Shown here: in pieces, positions 1-10,653 of the stretch | How the letters are laid out: each line of letters begins with the position of its first letter | How positions within the stretch are numbered: position 1 is the stretch's first letter | Source of the DNA: a virus | Taxonomy: Duplodnaviria > Caudoviricetes | Reading direction: 5' to 3' (one strand) | Length of the DNA: 64,000 nt | Virus record (IMG/VR): IMGVR_UViG_3300046528_000065 | Span: 25,164-89,163 of that record | Translations under genes and position numbers: made by a program | The notes under the pieces: model-generated | What the model saw: only the letters and a program-made list of their open reading frames with translations | What the model was told of the DNA's origin: nothing | Databases searched by the model: none

Positions 1-123
1 CGCTACCCAACAGTTGCTAGAGGAAATCAAGGCACACGCTGAACGAGGTATCAACTGGCCCGGACACAGCACGTTCCACATTGAACGTATCGTACAAATT
101 CTGAAAGATGCAAAGGTGATTGA

Positions 124-1773
124 ATGATTACACGCAAACAAGCTGACAACATCATGTGGCTCGCCTCGCAATGGGCCTCTGCACAGAGCTTAGCTGACGC
201 CTATAAATTCAATTTGGAGGCTCCTCCTGGCGAATATGTCATTGCGACGGAAGCTGCTGCGAAGGCGTTTGATATGTTTAGGGATGCGCTAAATAAAGTG
301 ACGGAGGGGTGATATGACATCAGTTGGACACGGTGGCGGTGGAGGGCATTCATCAGCAGGGCACTCATCAGCGCATAGCGCAGCACACGGGAGCGTTTCA
401 ACACACTCAATTCCCTTTTCAGGCGTGCATGGCTCTGTTCCCGCACAACAGGCGAATGTCTCCTCTGAACAGCAGATCGAGCAGCATGTTCATAAATGGC
501 CTAGTTGGGTAGGCGGGACAGTGTTTTGTTTGATGCTGGTGTTGATTCTTGTGCTGCTGTATAACGTGCTGTTTGGGGACTGGGAGAAAGGGAATGACAA
601 TGCCACACATTAAACTCACATGCCGGGGATGGGCTGTCTATCACAGCAAAGATCATTCCTCGTACGGCTTGCCTGTTGTCGTGAGGGAGAATGTTGGGAA
701 TGCTTGGGTTGCGTATGTTAGGTATATGGAGGGGTGATATGAAGCGGACAGAAGCTGAGTCGAAGGACCTGAGCAGGCGGTTTACGGAGAACAATAAACG
801 CCTTGCTGCTATAATCAACCCCCTGAGCACCGCCAAATACGAAGCAGACTTTGATTGGCGAGGAATCACCAGGGCGCTGGACGGATGGGCAAAAGACTAC
901 GGTGGTATGGAACTCAATCCAGACTTTCAACGTGGGCACGTCTGGACAGCCGAGCAGCAGCAACACTACATTGAGAATGTCTTACGTGGTGTTGTCAGCA
1001 GCAGCGGCTTTGTCTTGCAATTCAATTGCCCAAATTGGGACAGCGACAAGGTTGTGGCCGATTTGCCAAAAGGGTTCCAGTGTATCGACGGCCTACAGCG
1101 TCTTACGGCTGTGCAGGAATTCTTGGAAGGAAATGTAAAACCTTTCGGGCTGTCTCCGAGTGATTTGGATATTAGCTCGTTTTCTATGCGAGGGTCTACC
1201 TTTCGATTCAGGGTTGCAGTGCACACGTTCAGCCGCAGAGAAGACTTGTTGAGCCACTATCTTGCACTGAACACTGGTGGCACTCCTCACAGCAAAGAGG
1301 AAATTGAACGTGTTAAGGCGCTGTTGAACAGTGTGAAGGAGGGGTGATATGAAACTGAATTGGAAATCTGCTGAGACAAGGGCACGCTTTAAGGAAGCCA
1401 TCTGGGTAATTGCTGGCAGAATGCCTTCCGCCATCTTGGTAGATGCCTATCTCGATTCGGACAGTGTTAGTCTACAGGAATTCTGTATCGAGTACATGCC
1501 CGCAACTTGGATGACAGGTATTGGAATAATCGACGCTGCTTACTTGCTGGTGGATGAGGCGTTTGCCAATGCTAACATTGACGAGGAAGGGAATATTCGG
1601 TGATGAATTTAGACTACGAACCGATAACGGAATACCTAATGTTTCCTGGTGATTTTGGGAGGGATGAATTAGAACAAACTGTCTTGCTACTAGCGGAGCG
1701 TATGAAAGTTTCGATTGTGCGAACAAACAATAACAAGCATCAGCGAATGCAGGTTGAACTAGTGGAGGACTAG
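124..1773 (+). CDS. Cluster of small early genes: 124-312, 314-613 (His/Gly-rich N-terminus plus one TM helix), 594-737, 1349-1603, 1603-1773; DUF262 gene listed separately
   Basis: Abutting ORFs with SD sequences (GGAGGGG) and TGATATG or TGATG junctions. Confidence 0.7.
739..1347 (+). CDS. Stand-alone DUF262 (ParB/Srx-like, GmrS-type) domain protein
   Basis: Motifs NPDFQRGHVW and IDGLQRLT; ATG at 739 follows SD GGAGGGG. Confidence 0.8.
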   Translation: MKRTEAESKDLSRRFTENNKRLAAIINPLSTAKYEADFDWRGITRALDGWAKDYGGMELNPDFQRGHVWTAEQQQHYIENVLRGVVSSSGFVLQFNCPNWDSDKVVADLPKGFQCIDGLQRLTAVQEFLEGNVKPFGLSPSDLDISSFSMRGSTFRFRVAVHTFSRREDLLSHYLALNTGGTPHSKEEIERVKALLNSVKEG

Positions 1774-1774
1774 A

Positions 1775-1806
1775 GGGAGGGCCTGAGAGGGTTCCTCCCT
1801 CTTTTT
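1775..1806 (+). terminator. Probable intrinsic terminator
   Basis: GC-rich ggaggg...ccctc stem followed by a T-run after the ORF ending at 1773. Confidence 0.55.
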
Positions 1807-2376
1807 GCATTCTGAAGCGAGAAGTTGTGCAAACTTACACCGAATACAGCGCAATGCTGTTAAGGGGCGGGCACGAGTTGAATTTGGAAATGGCCGATAA
1901 TTTCTAGGATTTATTTCGTTGGTGAGCGGCTGCTATAGAGCCTGTGGCATCAACGAGGGGGTGGTCGCTGCGCTGCCCTACAATTCTACTGCGAGAATTT
2001 CTCCAACTCGCTCGCAATCCTGGCGACCCTCTACTAATGGCACGGGCGCGTTTTCTCCCAGAAATAGGCAGGCGTGATGGGGAGTTGGCCGGTTATCAGG
2101 GAAGCACATAGCTGCTATCGCTTGGGCGTACATCGCCTGCCTTGGTGCCTTTCGGCCCTGGTAGCTCACCCTGGAGGGCATGCCGTGCTCTATATAAGAA
2201 TGTCTAGCGTTCTTGTCTCCCTTGTGTATGTCCCACTGTAGCGACGCACCGAACAGGAAGCGAGCGCACATCTGTAAAGTTTGCGAAAGTGCTTGATAAT
2301 CCTTTTGAGTGCTGGCACAATGCTTCTCATGGACGGAGCACGTAGCGCCGTTAAGACACCTCACCAGGAGCTAGAC

Positions 2377-2622
2377 ATGCCAGAAATCATCCGAGGTTAT
2401 AAAATCAGCAACAACAACGCTTCCCGCTTGCAGAAAGCCAGCGTAACAGTTCGCACCCCTTCCGGCCTCATCTGCGCTAGGGTTCATAGTGATCACGGAA
2501 AATTGCTCCAACGTATTCGCAACAGCTTACTAGAGCCAGCACGTGCTGAACTCATCGCGCAGATGTCACAGGCAGGGTGCCCACCTGAAGACATTTTCGC
2601 TATTGTCGCAAAGCAAGACTAA
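2377..2622 (+). CDS. Hypothetical protein
   Basis: SD AGGAG then ctagacATG at 2377, downstream of a promoter. Confidence 0.65.
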   Translation: MPEIIRGYKISNNNASRLQKASVTVRTPSGLICARVHSDHGKLLQRIRNSLLEPARAELIAQMSQAGCPPEDIFAIVAKQD

Positions 2623-2758
2623 AATAGATTGAACTTGGTGCTTAAAAGTGCTTGCAAGATGTCCAGATACATGAGATGATTCTTACATGGACGAAGCAAA
2701 CAGAAAGCAGCTTTGCCAAACGCTTGACAGCCCCTAAATAATTTTCCTGGAGAATAAA

Positions 2759-3274
2759 ATGACCTACGCAACCGCAAACGCTGAAATCCTCGCCCTGTTC
2801 ACTGCCACGGGTAAAGAAATCCCGCAGGAGGATAGTGACATTGGCCGTGCTGTGCAGATTCTGCAAACCATTTGCGATAGTCAGAATCACACTATCCCGG
2901 AGTTTGAAAATGCCGACGTGCCGGACTACGCTGAGAATGTGGAAGTCGATTCGGCATACATTTTCGAAGCCTTGGAATATATCGAACAACACATTGGCGG
3001 CGATGATTTTTCGCTTGACTTTGACGGCAACGAATACCGGCTGATTAAAGAGTCGGCAATCTGGGGTATCTACGTTGAAGAAATCAAGAACACGGTGGAT
3101 GATTGCTATTCCGATGTAATCAATCTCGACAAAATCCCTTCGTTTATCGCCGTGTCGATTGACTGGGAGCAAACTGCAAAGAATGCATATGCAGATGGCT
3201 ACGGGCACCAGTTCAGCGGCTACGACGGCAGCGAAGAGGAAGCGGCAGGCTTCTACATCTTCCGCACCAACTGA
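2759..3274 (+). CDS. ArdA-like acidic antirestriction (DNA mimic) protein
   Basis: Very Asp/Glu-rich; C-terminus IDWEQTAKN...DGYG..F..YDG.E....YIFRTN resembles the ArdA C-terminal region. Confidence 0.55.
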   Translation: MTYATANAEILALFTATGKEIPQEDSDIGRAVQILQTICDSQNHTIPEFENADVPDYAENVEVDSAYIFEALEYIEQHIGGDDFSLDFDGNEYRLIKESAIWGIYVEEIKNTVDDCYSDVINLDKIPSFIAVSIDWEQTAKNAYADGYGHQFSGYDGSEEEAAGFYIFRTN

Positions 3275-3406
3275 GAGTAGCCAGAAACACCCTTTCACGC
3301 TGGCTAAAACATAGCGCTATCCATCAAACGCACAAGGCCCTGTAGGGTGGTAGCCTGAAACACGTTCGACGCCTTGCAAGCCCTTAAACACGAGAGGAGA
3401 ATAATC

Positions 3407-5327
3407 ATGGACCTTTGGACACATAACGACTTATTCTGGATCATTGCACGTAGTTATTACGGCAACTTTCAAGGGTGGACTTTCCATGCCGCCCTGGATG
3501 ATGAGTTTGCAGACGGTCCACTAGACGCACCTGTAAGATAAGAAAGCGTAAGAATATTGCTTGACTCCCCTTGCCTCGTGCGATATTGTAGAGGACATGG
3601 CAGGGGTTGCCCGGTGGGCAAACAACGAATAATCAAACACTGGAGGATTTATGGAAGTCAAATATGTTGTCGCACAAGATGTCCGGGAACTGAAGAAAGC
3701 ACTTCAGAAAGTTCCTGCCGGTGGCTCATGGTTTGTTGAACGTGGGGACTATGGGCACTGCTCTGTCATCTGCTACGATGAGTTTGGAGAGCAGCACACA
3801 ATCATTAAGAACAAAGAGTGAGCCACCATGCAAAAACAACTCAGCCGCACATGCGTGAGCAAAACACGAGCCCTCCTCATGGCAACAGCATGTGTTGGCA
3901 GGCCTACAGGAAGGGAAACTAGGTGGCGCTTCATCGCTCCTCACAGTGTACGTAATTTGGCAGGCCCAACACAGGAGTACACGGCAACGTGCCATTCAGA
4001 CATTCAACGCATGCGCACATTGCTTGTTGTTGAAATTGCTCTCGTGCTAATGGGCCATGATGGGCAGCTTGTGCCGGATGGGTTGGAGGGGAGCGCGGGA
4101 AAGATGCTGGAGAGTGTGTTAGCCAATCCGAACAATTATTTGCGTAAGGACTAATCATGAAAACTTACTTTAAATGGACTTGCCCTGATTGTGGACATTT
4201 GCACGAATCGGAAACGGTAGACGCCGAGCTTGGCCCATTCATGGCGCTAGTCTGCGACGATTGCGGAAGCATTTCCGATGAAAACAATTTGCAAAAAGCT
4301 GATGTAGAGGCGTGGTCTGTAGCGGTCAACAGGGTGTGTTAGCGGAGCCTGGACGGTGGTTGGTTAGGGACTGATATTGTTACAAATTCGCTGTTGCTTA
4401 AAATTGTTATGTGCGTTAAGATGGGGTCATTGGATGCGCAAACACACAAAGGAGCTAGACATGAGCAAGCTTGAGACCCTGAAACAAAAAGCAACGCAGG
4501 CAGAACAGAAGTTTGATGCTGCTATAGATGCTGGCAAAGACCGTGCAACGATTATTCGTCTTGGTAAAGTGATGGATAAATGGCAAAATGCCTACCATGC
4601 AGAACTTCGTGCTAACGGCATCGCTCCACACAAGGTAGGAAACTAACACCATGCCAAAACACACAGACAAACTCTCAGCCCTCCGCACAATGCTCTCTCT
4701 GTGTGGCTTTAAGGAAGATGCACACGGACATTTTCAGAAAGACACATTCGGGCTAACGCTTAGCAAGGAACGTGTTCCGGCGAAGATGAGGATAAAGATA
4801 CAGGACATCTCTGTACGTGTGGAATTGAAGCGTGACGCGCCAGGGAGCGAATGGAACAAGATTGATGGGGCGTATTTGAAGGATGTGATTGTGGGGCCGG
4901 AGGGTGTGAGGATAGGGAGGAAAACATTTAATGTGGAGGAACTATGAAAATCAATGCAGATTTATCGATCAACCGGACCAGCCGAGACGAAGTGACAATT
5001 AGTGTCACGGATGACAAGAGCCACACAGAATTTGTGAAGCTTTCCCTGACACTGGAACAGTTTGCCTTTGCCATTACGGGAATGCACGTGTCAGATGTTG
5101 AGGGGATTGTACGAGGCCTGGACGTAGTAGGAAAGACCAAGATAACGAAACGTGTGTCTGTCGAGTGTCCGCTCGATACGTACGACAAGAAAGCACTTGA
5201 GGAATGGCTCAAGGAGCACGGCAAAGAGGATGGATGGGATGTTAGCTCCTATCTAGGCTCACAGAGTAGTGTTGTCAGGCACGAGGGCAAAACTGTGCTG
5301 AACTATACGTTGTTTCGGTACGAGTGA
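3407..5327 (+). CDS. Cluster of small hypothetical early genes: 3407-3541, 3651-3821, 3828-4154, 4157-4342 (CPDC..CDDC zinc ribbon), 4461-4646, 4651-4947, 4944-5327
   Basis: Closely packed ORFs with SD sequences and ATGA-type overlaps. Confidence 0.65.
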
Positions 5328-5379
5328 TGTTCTAACCCATGCGTGCTACAATGCACAGAATTTACAATAGGGGTTACAG

Positions 5380-5616
5380 ATGGGACGACCGGCAATCAAT
5401 GAGGAAGGGAATCGCTACGGGCGTCTCGTAGTTGTCAAACGTGATGACACTACACCAATTGGACGCCCTAGGTGGGTTTGCCAGTGCGATTGTGGGAAAA
5501 CCGTAATTGTTCGCGCTTGGGATTTGCGCAGTGGCGATACAACATCTTGCGGATGCCTGCGTGCCGAGAATATGGCGAAGACAGCAGCGGCATATCGTGA
5601 GGCACTAAAGGGCTAA
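5380..5616 (+). CDS. Stand-alone N-terminal Cys-rich module of the HNH/AP2 homing endonuclease type, with no nuclease domain
   Basis: GNRYGRLVV...WVCQCDCG...LRSG.T.SCGC; same module as the N-terminus of 55404-56135. Confidence 0.7.
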   Translation: MGRPAINEEGNRYGRLVVVKRDDTTPIGRPRWVCQCDCGKTVIVRAWDLRSGDTTSCGCLRAENMAKTAAAYREALKG

Positions 5617-5909
5617 TTCAATTGGCAAAACAAGCTAGAATCAATTTGTAAGGCCCGGACATATGCGGACAAGGGATGTGCGTTTGGAGGGCTGGAGAGG
5701 CTTAAAACACAGGAGGAAGGTATGAGCAGGAATAAGCGTGAAGGGCCTTATAGAGGCGTTTCGGCTTGGTGGAAGAGTGGATTTAAGTCAAAACACGTCA
5801 GGAGCCATCGCTGGCATAGTGGGGACAAGCCAACAACATTTAGTGCGTTCTGCGTGCTAAAGACAAGGGCAGACCAATTTGCATTAAACCAATATAGGAG
5901 CAACACAAA

Positions 5910-6368
5910 ATGAAGAACATCATTCTTGCAGGCTGGGTTTCCGGGCTACTTGTAGCATGCGGAGGTGGTTCTGGCGAACCCGGCCCTACAGCCAATTACA
6001 GCGCACCAGTAGGGCAGGCGCTAGGGAACATTGTGCAAACGCTGCCTGACGCTGCTAAGGCTTTCACAGGGGCTTTTGCAAGCGTTAATGGGCAAGCCGT
6101 TGGTTACGTCTCAGGCATCAGTGAGAGCGATGTCGCGCTGAAGTTGGCGCAAGGTATTGCTAATGCTCCCACGAGTAACGCTGACGCGTATAAGGCTCTG
6201 CTGAGTGATGCAGGGTTGTCTATTGTGATAGTGGGAGCGGATACGGGGCAGAAGTCGAGCATTACCGGGCTTCCGTTGAAATATCCTGATAGCGTGTTTG
6301 TGGGGAAGCTGGGGAGGGAGAGCACCGCTGGCGGTGCGGGTGGGGTTGTTACAATCAAGAAGGTTTAG
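5910..6368 (+). CDS. Predicted lipoprotein
   Basis: Signal peptide MKNIILAGWVSGLLVA-C followed by a GGGSG linker (lipobox LVAC). Confidence 0.75.
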   Translation: MKNIILAGWVSGLLVACGGGSGEPGPTANYSAPVGQALGNIVQTLPDAAKAFTGAFASVNGQAVGYVSGISESDVALKLAQGIANAPTSNADAYKALLSDAGLSIVIVGADTGQKSSITGLPLKYPDSVFVGKLGRESTAGGAGGVVTIKKV

Positions 6369-6374
6369 TTACCG

Positions 6375-7052
6375 TCAGGCCACTTCCTCTAGCTCTTTTG
6401 CCATTATGTGTAATACTGCTAATGGCTCAATCGAGAACTTAGACTTGTGGCCTGATTTACCTTGCACATTCCATTTCGGTTGACGCTCAAGAATCATTTG
6501 TGTCTCGTAGAATAGGACATCTGGCGATGACTCGAAAGTGTGCAGCTCTACCCTTGCAACTTGCGCAATATCTTTAGTCTTAACGTGGTCGCTCCACCTA
6601 GTAAAGAAATTGTTAGTTTTTCCAACATACAACAATTCATCTTCCGCACCGTAGAAGAAATAACAAACATAGAGTGAGTCTCGCAAAGCAAGCGACACAC
6701 TAGCAGGTGTATCAAGGTGCTTTAGAGGTATCGTCCTTTGTACGTCTCGCTTGCTCTTAGACTTTGCAATAAGCCTGTGATACTCACGCTCTGCTACAAC
6801 TAACTTAGCTTCCGCTTTCTTCCTCTCATACTCCGTCATGCTGTCAACAGTGTCCGCGCCTAGTTGACTGTCTAGGGTGAGTGTGTCTTCGTAGCTCTTA
6901 AAATCCTCATACTCAATCCACCGATCTTCCCAAGCTGGTTCACGATGGTATGCCGCATACCCTGCTATTATTCTTTCATCTGGTAGTGTCCACGCTTGAT
7001 CGTCATACAGGATTCTAGACAAGAATTCTCTTTTCTGCTGCATCGTGCTCAT
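6375..7052 (-). CDS. GIY-YIG nuclease domain protein (domain is C-terminal)
   Basis: VCYFFYGAEDELLYVGKTNNFFTRWSDH...E..MI....PKWN, a UvrC-N-like GIY-YIG signature. Confidence 0.75.
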   Translation of the reverse strand: MSTMQQKREFLSRILYDDQAWTLPDERIIAGYAAYHREPAWEDRWIEYEDFKSYEDTLTLDSQLGADTVDSMTEYERKKAEAKLVVAEREYHRLIAKSKSKRDVQRTIPLKHLDTPASVSLALRDSLYVCYFFYGAEDELLYVGKTNNFFTRWSDHVKTKDIAQVARVELHTFESSPDVLFYETQMILERQPKWNVQGKSGHKSKFSIEPLAVLHIMAKELEEVA

Positions 7053-8039
7053 TTTCCAACGTGCCTTATCTTGTGTAGCCTGTTAAACTCTTTGATTAAC
7101 TCTTTATCTGTGTGCCTATCGAACCATTCTTGCGTATAGACGAGCAGCATGTATTCCAGTACATCATTAATTTCTTCGTCAGTCATCCTCAATCCTTTCC
7201 TCTTCCAATGTTGTAATAATCTCTTGATCGCTTTGTTCGATCAACTCTTGATTGTACATCTCACGTTTCACCACTTCCCTACGTACCAACAATTGCACTA
7301 GTCCACACGCTTGCATGTACTTCCTCGACTGTCTATCACTCAGCCCTAGTGCGTCCGCTATAATGTCTGTGGACAGGCGCTCCAGCTTCGACAGCAAGCG
7401 ATAGACGACCATCATAGACAAGGGCCTAGTGTTGCCGTGCATGTCGAGCCTAACAACACCATAGAAGATGTCTTCAAAGCTGGTAGGCAGCGTACAGTCT
7501 CGCATGCTGAAAATAACACCGTCGAAGAGTTGCACCAAGTCGGCATTGTCCAGCACCACAGGCTTCCGACCCTTGGCAGGTTCAGGCACTGGCCCCACTA
7601 CATACGACCATTCGGCGTCAGGCTTCCACCTGGGGATACGTCGCTTAAGCTTTGCCAGGAGTTCAGGCGTCAACTCAGCGCAGCGGATAGGCTTACGCTT
7701 CCTCTTGTCGTATCCGAGAGGTTTGGACGCTTCCCACGCCGAAACACCGTACACCCTCATTTCGGCCCCCTATTAAGTAACCTAATACAAACTCTTGCAC
7801 AAAAATACACACATGCCATATACGGCCCCCTATTAGATAACGAATTACTTCTGAGACAACTTAGCAACCAGCACATCAATCTTGTACTGTCGATAAGCTT
7901 CCTCGATCTTCTTGGACATCTCAACATCATCCTTCCATGCTTGCCTTACAGCATAGATAGCTTGCGCTGTCGATTGCTTAAAATGTGCGATGATGTCTGC
8001 AATGTCAGATGACTGGTAGTTAAAGTTCTTACGGCTCAC
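7049..8039 (-). CDS. Inverted cassette genes: 7845-8039 (64 aa, GTG start), 7757-7819 (20 aa), 7179-7760 (193 aa, HTH-like C-terminus), 7049-7186 (45 aa)
   Basis: Overlapping start/stop junctions; duplicated SD context TAATAGGGGGCCG; leftward promoter TTGACT-16-TATACT near 8072-8099. Confidence 0.6.
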
Positions 8040-8392
8040 GAAAGCTCCTATGTTGTTGAATACTAGATCAGTATATAGTATGATTGCCACAAGTCAACTA
8101 AGTTTAGCACAATAAAGAGAACAAGAATTTAGTTATAGTGGAAGAATGAAGAAAGAAGACACTAGAAGAAAGACCAACTAAGGAAGGATAGACTGAAGAT
8201 AACTGAAAGAAAGAACAGACTAACTTAATTGATGCAAAGAAAGGAGGCATTGCCATGTGTGCCTGACGGCCCACGCTAGCGCTGGCAACACACAAACAAT
8301 AAAATTCTTATGAATTCTCCCTTGACATGCAAATCAGTGCCCTCTACAATGTCTCTATTCGCAGCACAAACGAACATAGCCAGGGGCAGAAC

Positions 8393-10402
8393 ATGAGCAC
8401 TTACAAAGACTTCACCGACGACGTAAACGGAACTATCATTGGGGGCGATTACGGTATGTGCTGGGTTACTTACCAAGACAGGAAGCAGGGTAAGACTAAC
8501 TATCCCGCTAACAAGGTGGAAGCAGAGCAAATGTGCTCGTGTGTTGTCGAGGAAATCAAGAAAGACTGCGGAGAAGCTTTCAACATGATTTATCCTGACA
8601 AGGATGCATGGAAGTTTCATTTCGACGGTATTTGAACGTATAACAAACACAAGGAGAAATCATGGCAAAATTAACAGGCGACATCATCAAAGCTGGCTTG
8701 CACGTATGGGCCTTGGGGTATAACAGGAACACTCGTAAAGATGTTCCTGTAGAGTTGATTGTCATTTCAGGCGATGCGGGATCAATGGGGAGGCTGTATG
8801 TCATGCCAGCTAATGCTGAGAGTGATGACAAGTGGCTCACCAAAGACCCTAACACCCACCAACCAGTGATTTACCTTGGTGACAGTGGCGTGCGTCCTTA
8901 CAACTACGACGACAGGGCAACACAAGTGTTTACTACCAGGGAAGAAATGGAAGAAGCTATTGCATTGTGGGGAGGGAAAAATCCTAACTTTGTTACTGAG
9001 GATGGAATGGAATGGACATTGAGCGGAAGCCTGTAGACTATAAATAACAATCTTGTGTGCAGAAAATGCTTGCGTGCTTAGATGTGCTTTGGTATTATCA
9101 CTACATCGGTTGAACGCAAGTGAAACCAAATCGACAACGCACTAACACAAGGAGCCTAAAATGACCGTCGAAATCTTCCTCCCAATCTTCTTCGCAGTAG
9201 TTATGTCCGGCTTTGCTGCCACTATCATCGTCAGCATGTTCAACGATAGCAAGGAAGACAAGGCCCGTGCAGAGTATCGTGCAATGCTGGCTAAATGGGA
9301 CGAGCAGAAGCGCCAGGAAAGGGAAGCTTTCGACAAGGCAGCGTGGGAAGCTAGGAAGGCACGTAGGGCAGCGATGTATAATTGATCGGGAGGAATAAAA
9401 TGTACGCTATTCAATGGAAAGACACCAGGGCAGGCACTTGGCTACTATGCAGCACTAAGGGACAAGCTGAAGTGTATGATTCTATGCTTCGTGCGGCAGC
9501 GGCGGTAGAGAAATGGAAAGAGTCAGGTTATGAAGCGGACGAGTACAGGATTGTTGAGGCAGAGATTGTGTTCAAGGAAGACTAGCCATGACCAACACAT
9601 CATTCCTCGTTATCACTGTACTAGTCATCCTGTTGGCTGCCCTCTCAGGGCTGGCCCTGCATGCTGGGCTCACGCTGTGGCAAGAGGGACGTAAGAGGGA
9701 GCCTTACAAGCCAGGGAGCAAGGAAGCCGAGAGGGAGGGAACGTTGGAGGTGTGGAGGAAGGGCGGTGTTTAAGGAGTTTATAAGAATTCGTAAGAAAGA
9801 GCTTGCGTGTCGGTTTGTGCTGGGGTATTATTAGTCATCGGCTCTACAAACCCTCTAGGAGAAACAACATGAAAAAGTTTATCGTCCGCGTGAACAACGG
9901 TTTTAACTTTGAGTACCATTCAATGGTAGAGGCTGAAACTGTCTTTAAAGCAAGGAAAGAGTTCTTGACGAAACACAAGGGTGACTGGTTTGATACGCCA
10001 GGAGGGGTTAAACTTTCTGAAGTGAAAGAGGACAACAATGTACGACACGATAGCGTATGAGGAAGGCAGAAGGGCATATGAGAACACTACTCCGTGCCCT
10101 TATATAGAAGACTCGCCTTCCTACTATGATTGGTGGGAAGGCTTCAGAGATGCAGAGCAGGACGCCGAGGAAGATGCTGAATGAAGACAATCATCCATGT
10201 AAATCAACATGTTATAAAAGCTAACAGGAAGAATGACGAGAACAACCCCGTATTGACAGTGAAGACATACAAGAGCAATACATACGCTCACGCTGTAGAG
10301 ATTGAAGGGCCCAGCAGGATTGTATATAGCCCTAACAAGCCTCTCTCATGTGGCGCTCATGTGTGGATTGAGACGGAAGGGAATGTCACTGTTGTGGTGT
10401 AA
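8393..10402 (+). CDS. Cluster of small hypothetical early genes: 8393-8635, 8662-9036, 9161-9385 (TM), 9400-9585, 9588-9773 (TM), about 9869-10060, 10181-10402
   Basis: ORFs with AGGAG/GGAG SD sequences downstream of sigma70-like promoters. Confidence 0.65.
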
Positions 10403-10431
10403 TGATTGTATGCAGAATCAACACCAAAGAG

Positions 10432-10653
10432 GCCACCTAAACGGTGGCTTTCTCTATTGTGCAAAGCCTTATTCAGCGTGATTTAAAGGGCCTAGAAGGC
10501 GTCTGTTATGTGTGTTGGTAGGGACGTAGCCAGGAGGCTGTACAAGGGCAGAGAATAAGGAAGCCCCGTTCATCCGTATTGACTACAGGGGCAAAGTGTT
10601 TTTGTGATGATGTGCAAAGCAGCATACAAGAGGCCCGCTAACGCGGGCTTTCT
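10432..10653 (+). terminator. Two tandem intrinsic terminators closing the + strand early block (10432-10453, 10633-10653)
   Basis: GCCACC/GGTGGC and GCCCGC/GCGGGC hairpins, each followed by TTTCT. Confidence 0.7.

Larger units (their letters stand above)
2293..9831 (+). promoter_or_regulatory. Set of sigma70-like early promoters with 17-bp spacers: 2293-2321 (TTGATA/CACAAT), 3561-3589 (TTGACT/TATTGT), 4394-4422 (TTGCTT/TAAGAT), 8322-8350 (TTGACA/TACAAT), 9070-9098 and 9803-9831 (TTGCGT/TATTAT); plus an extended -10 TGcTACAAT near 5344-5352
   Basis: Hexamer pairs at exactly 17 bp, each in an intergenic gap upstream of an SD and ATG. Confidence 0.7.

Noticed and set aside
1813-2280. Cobalamin riboswitch linked to nrdJ
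   Set aside because: No B12-box or GGGAA/CCCGC core recognised, and the region is far from nrdJ.
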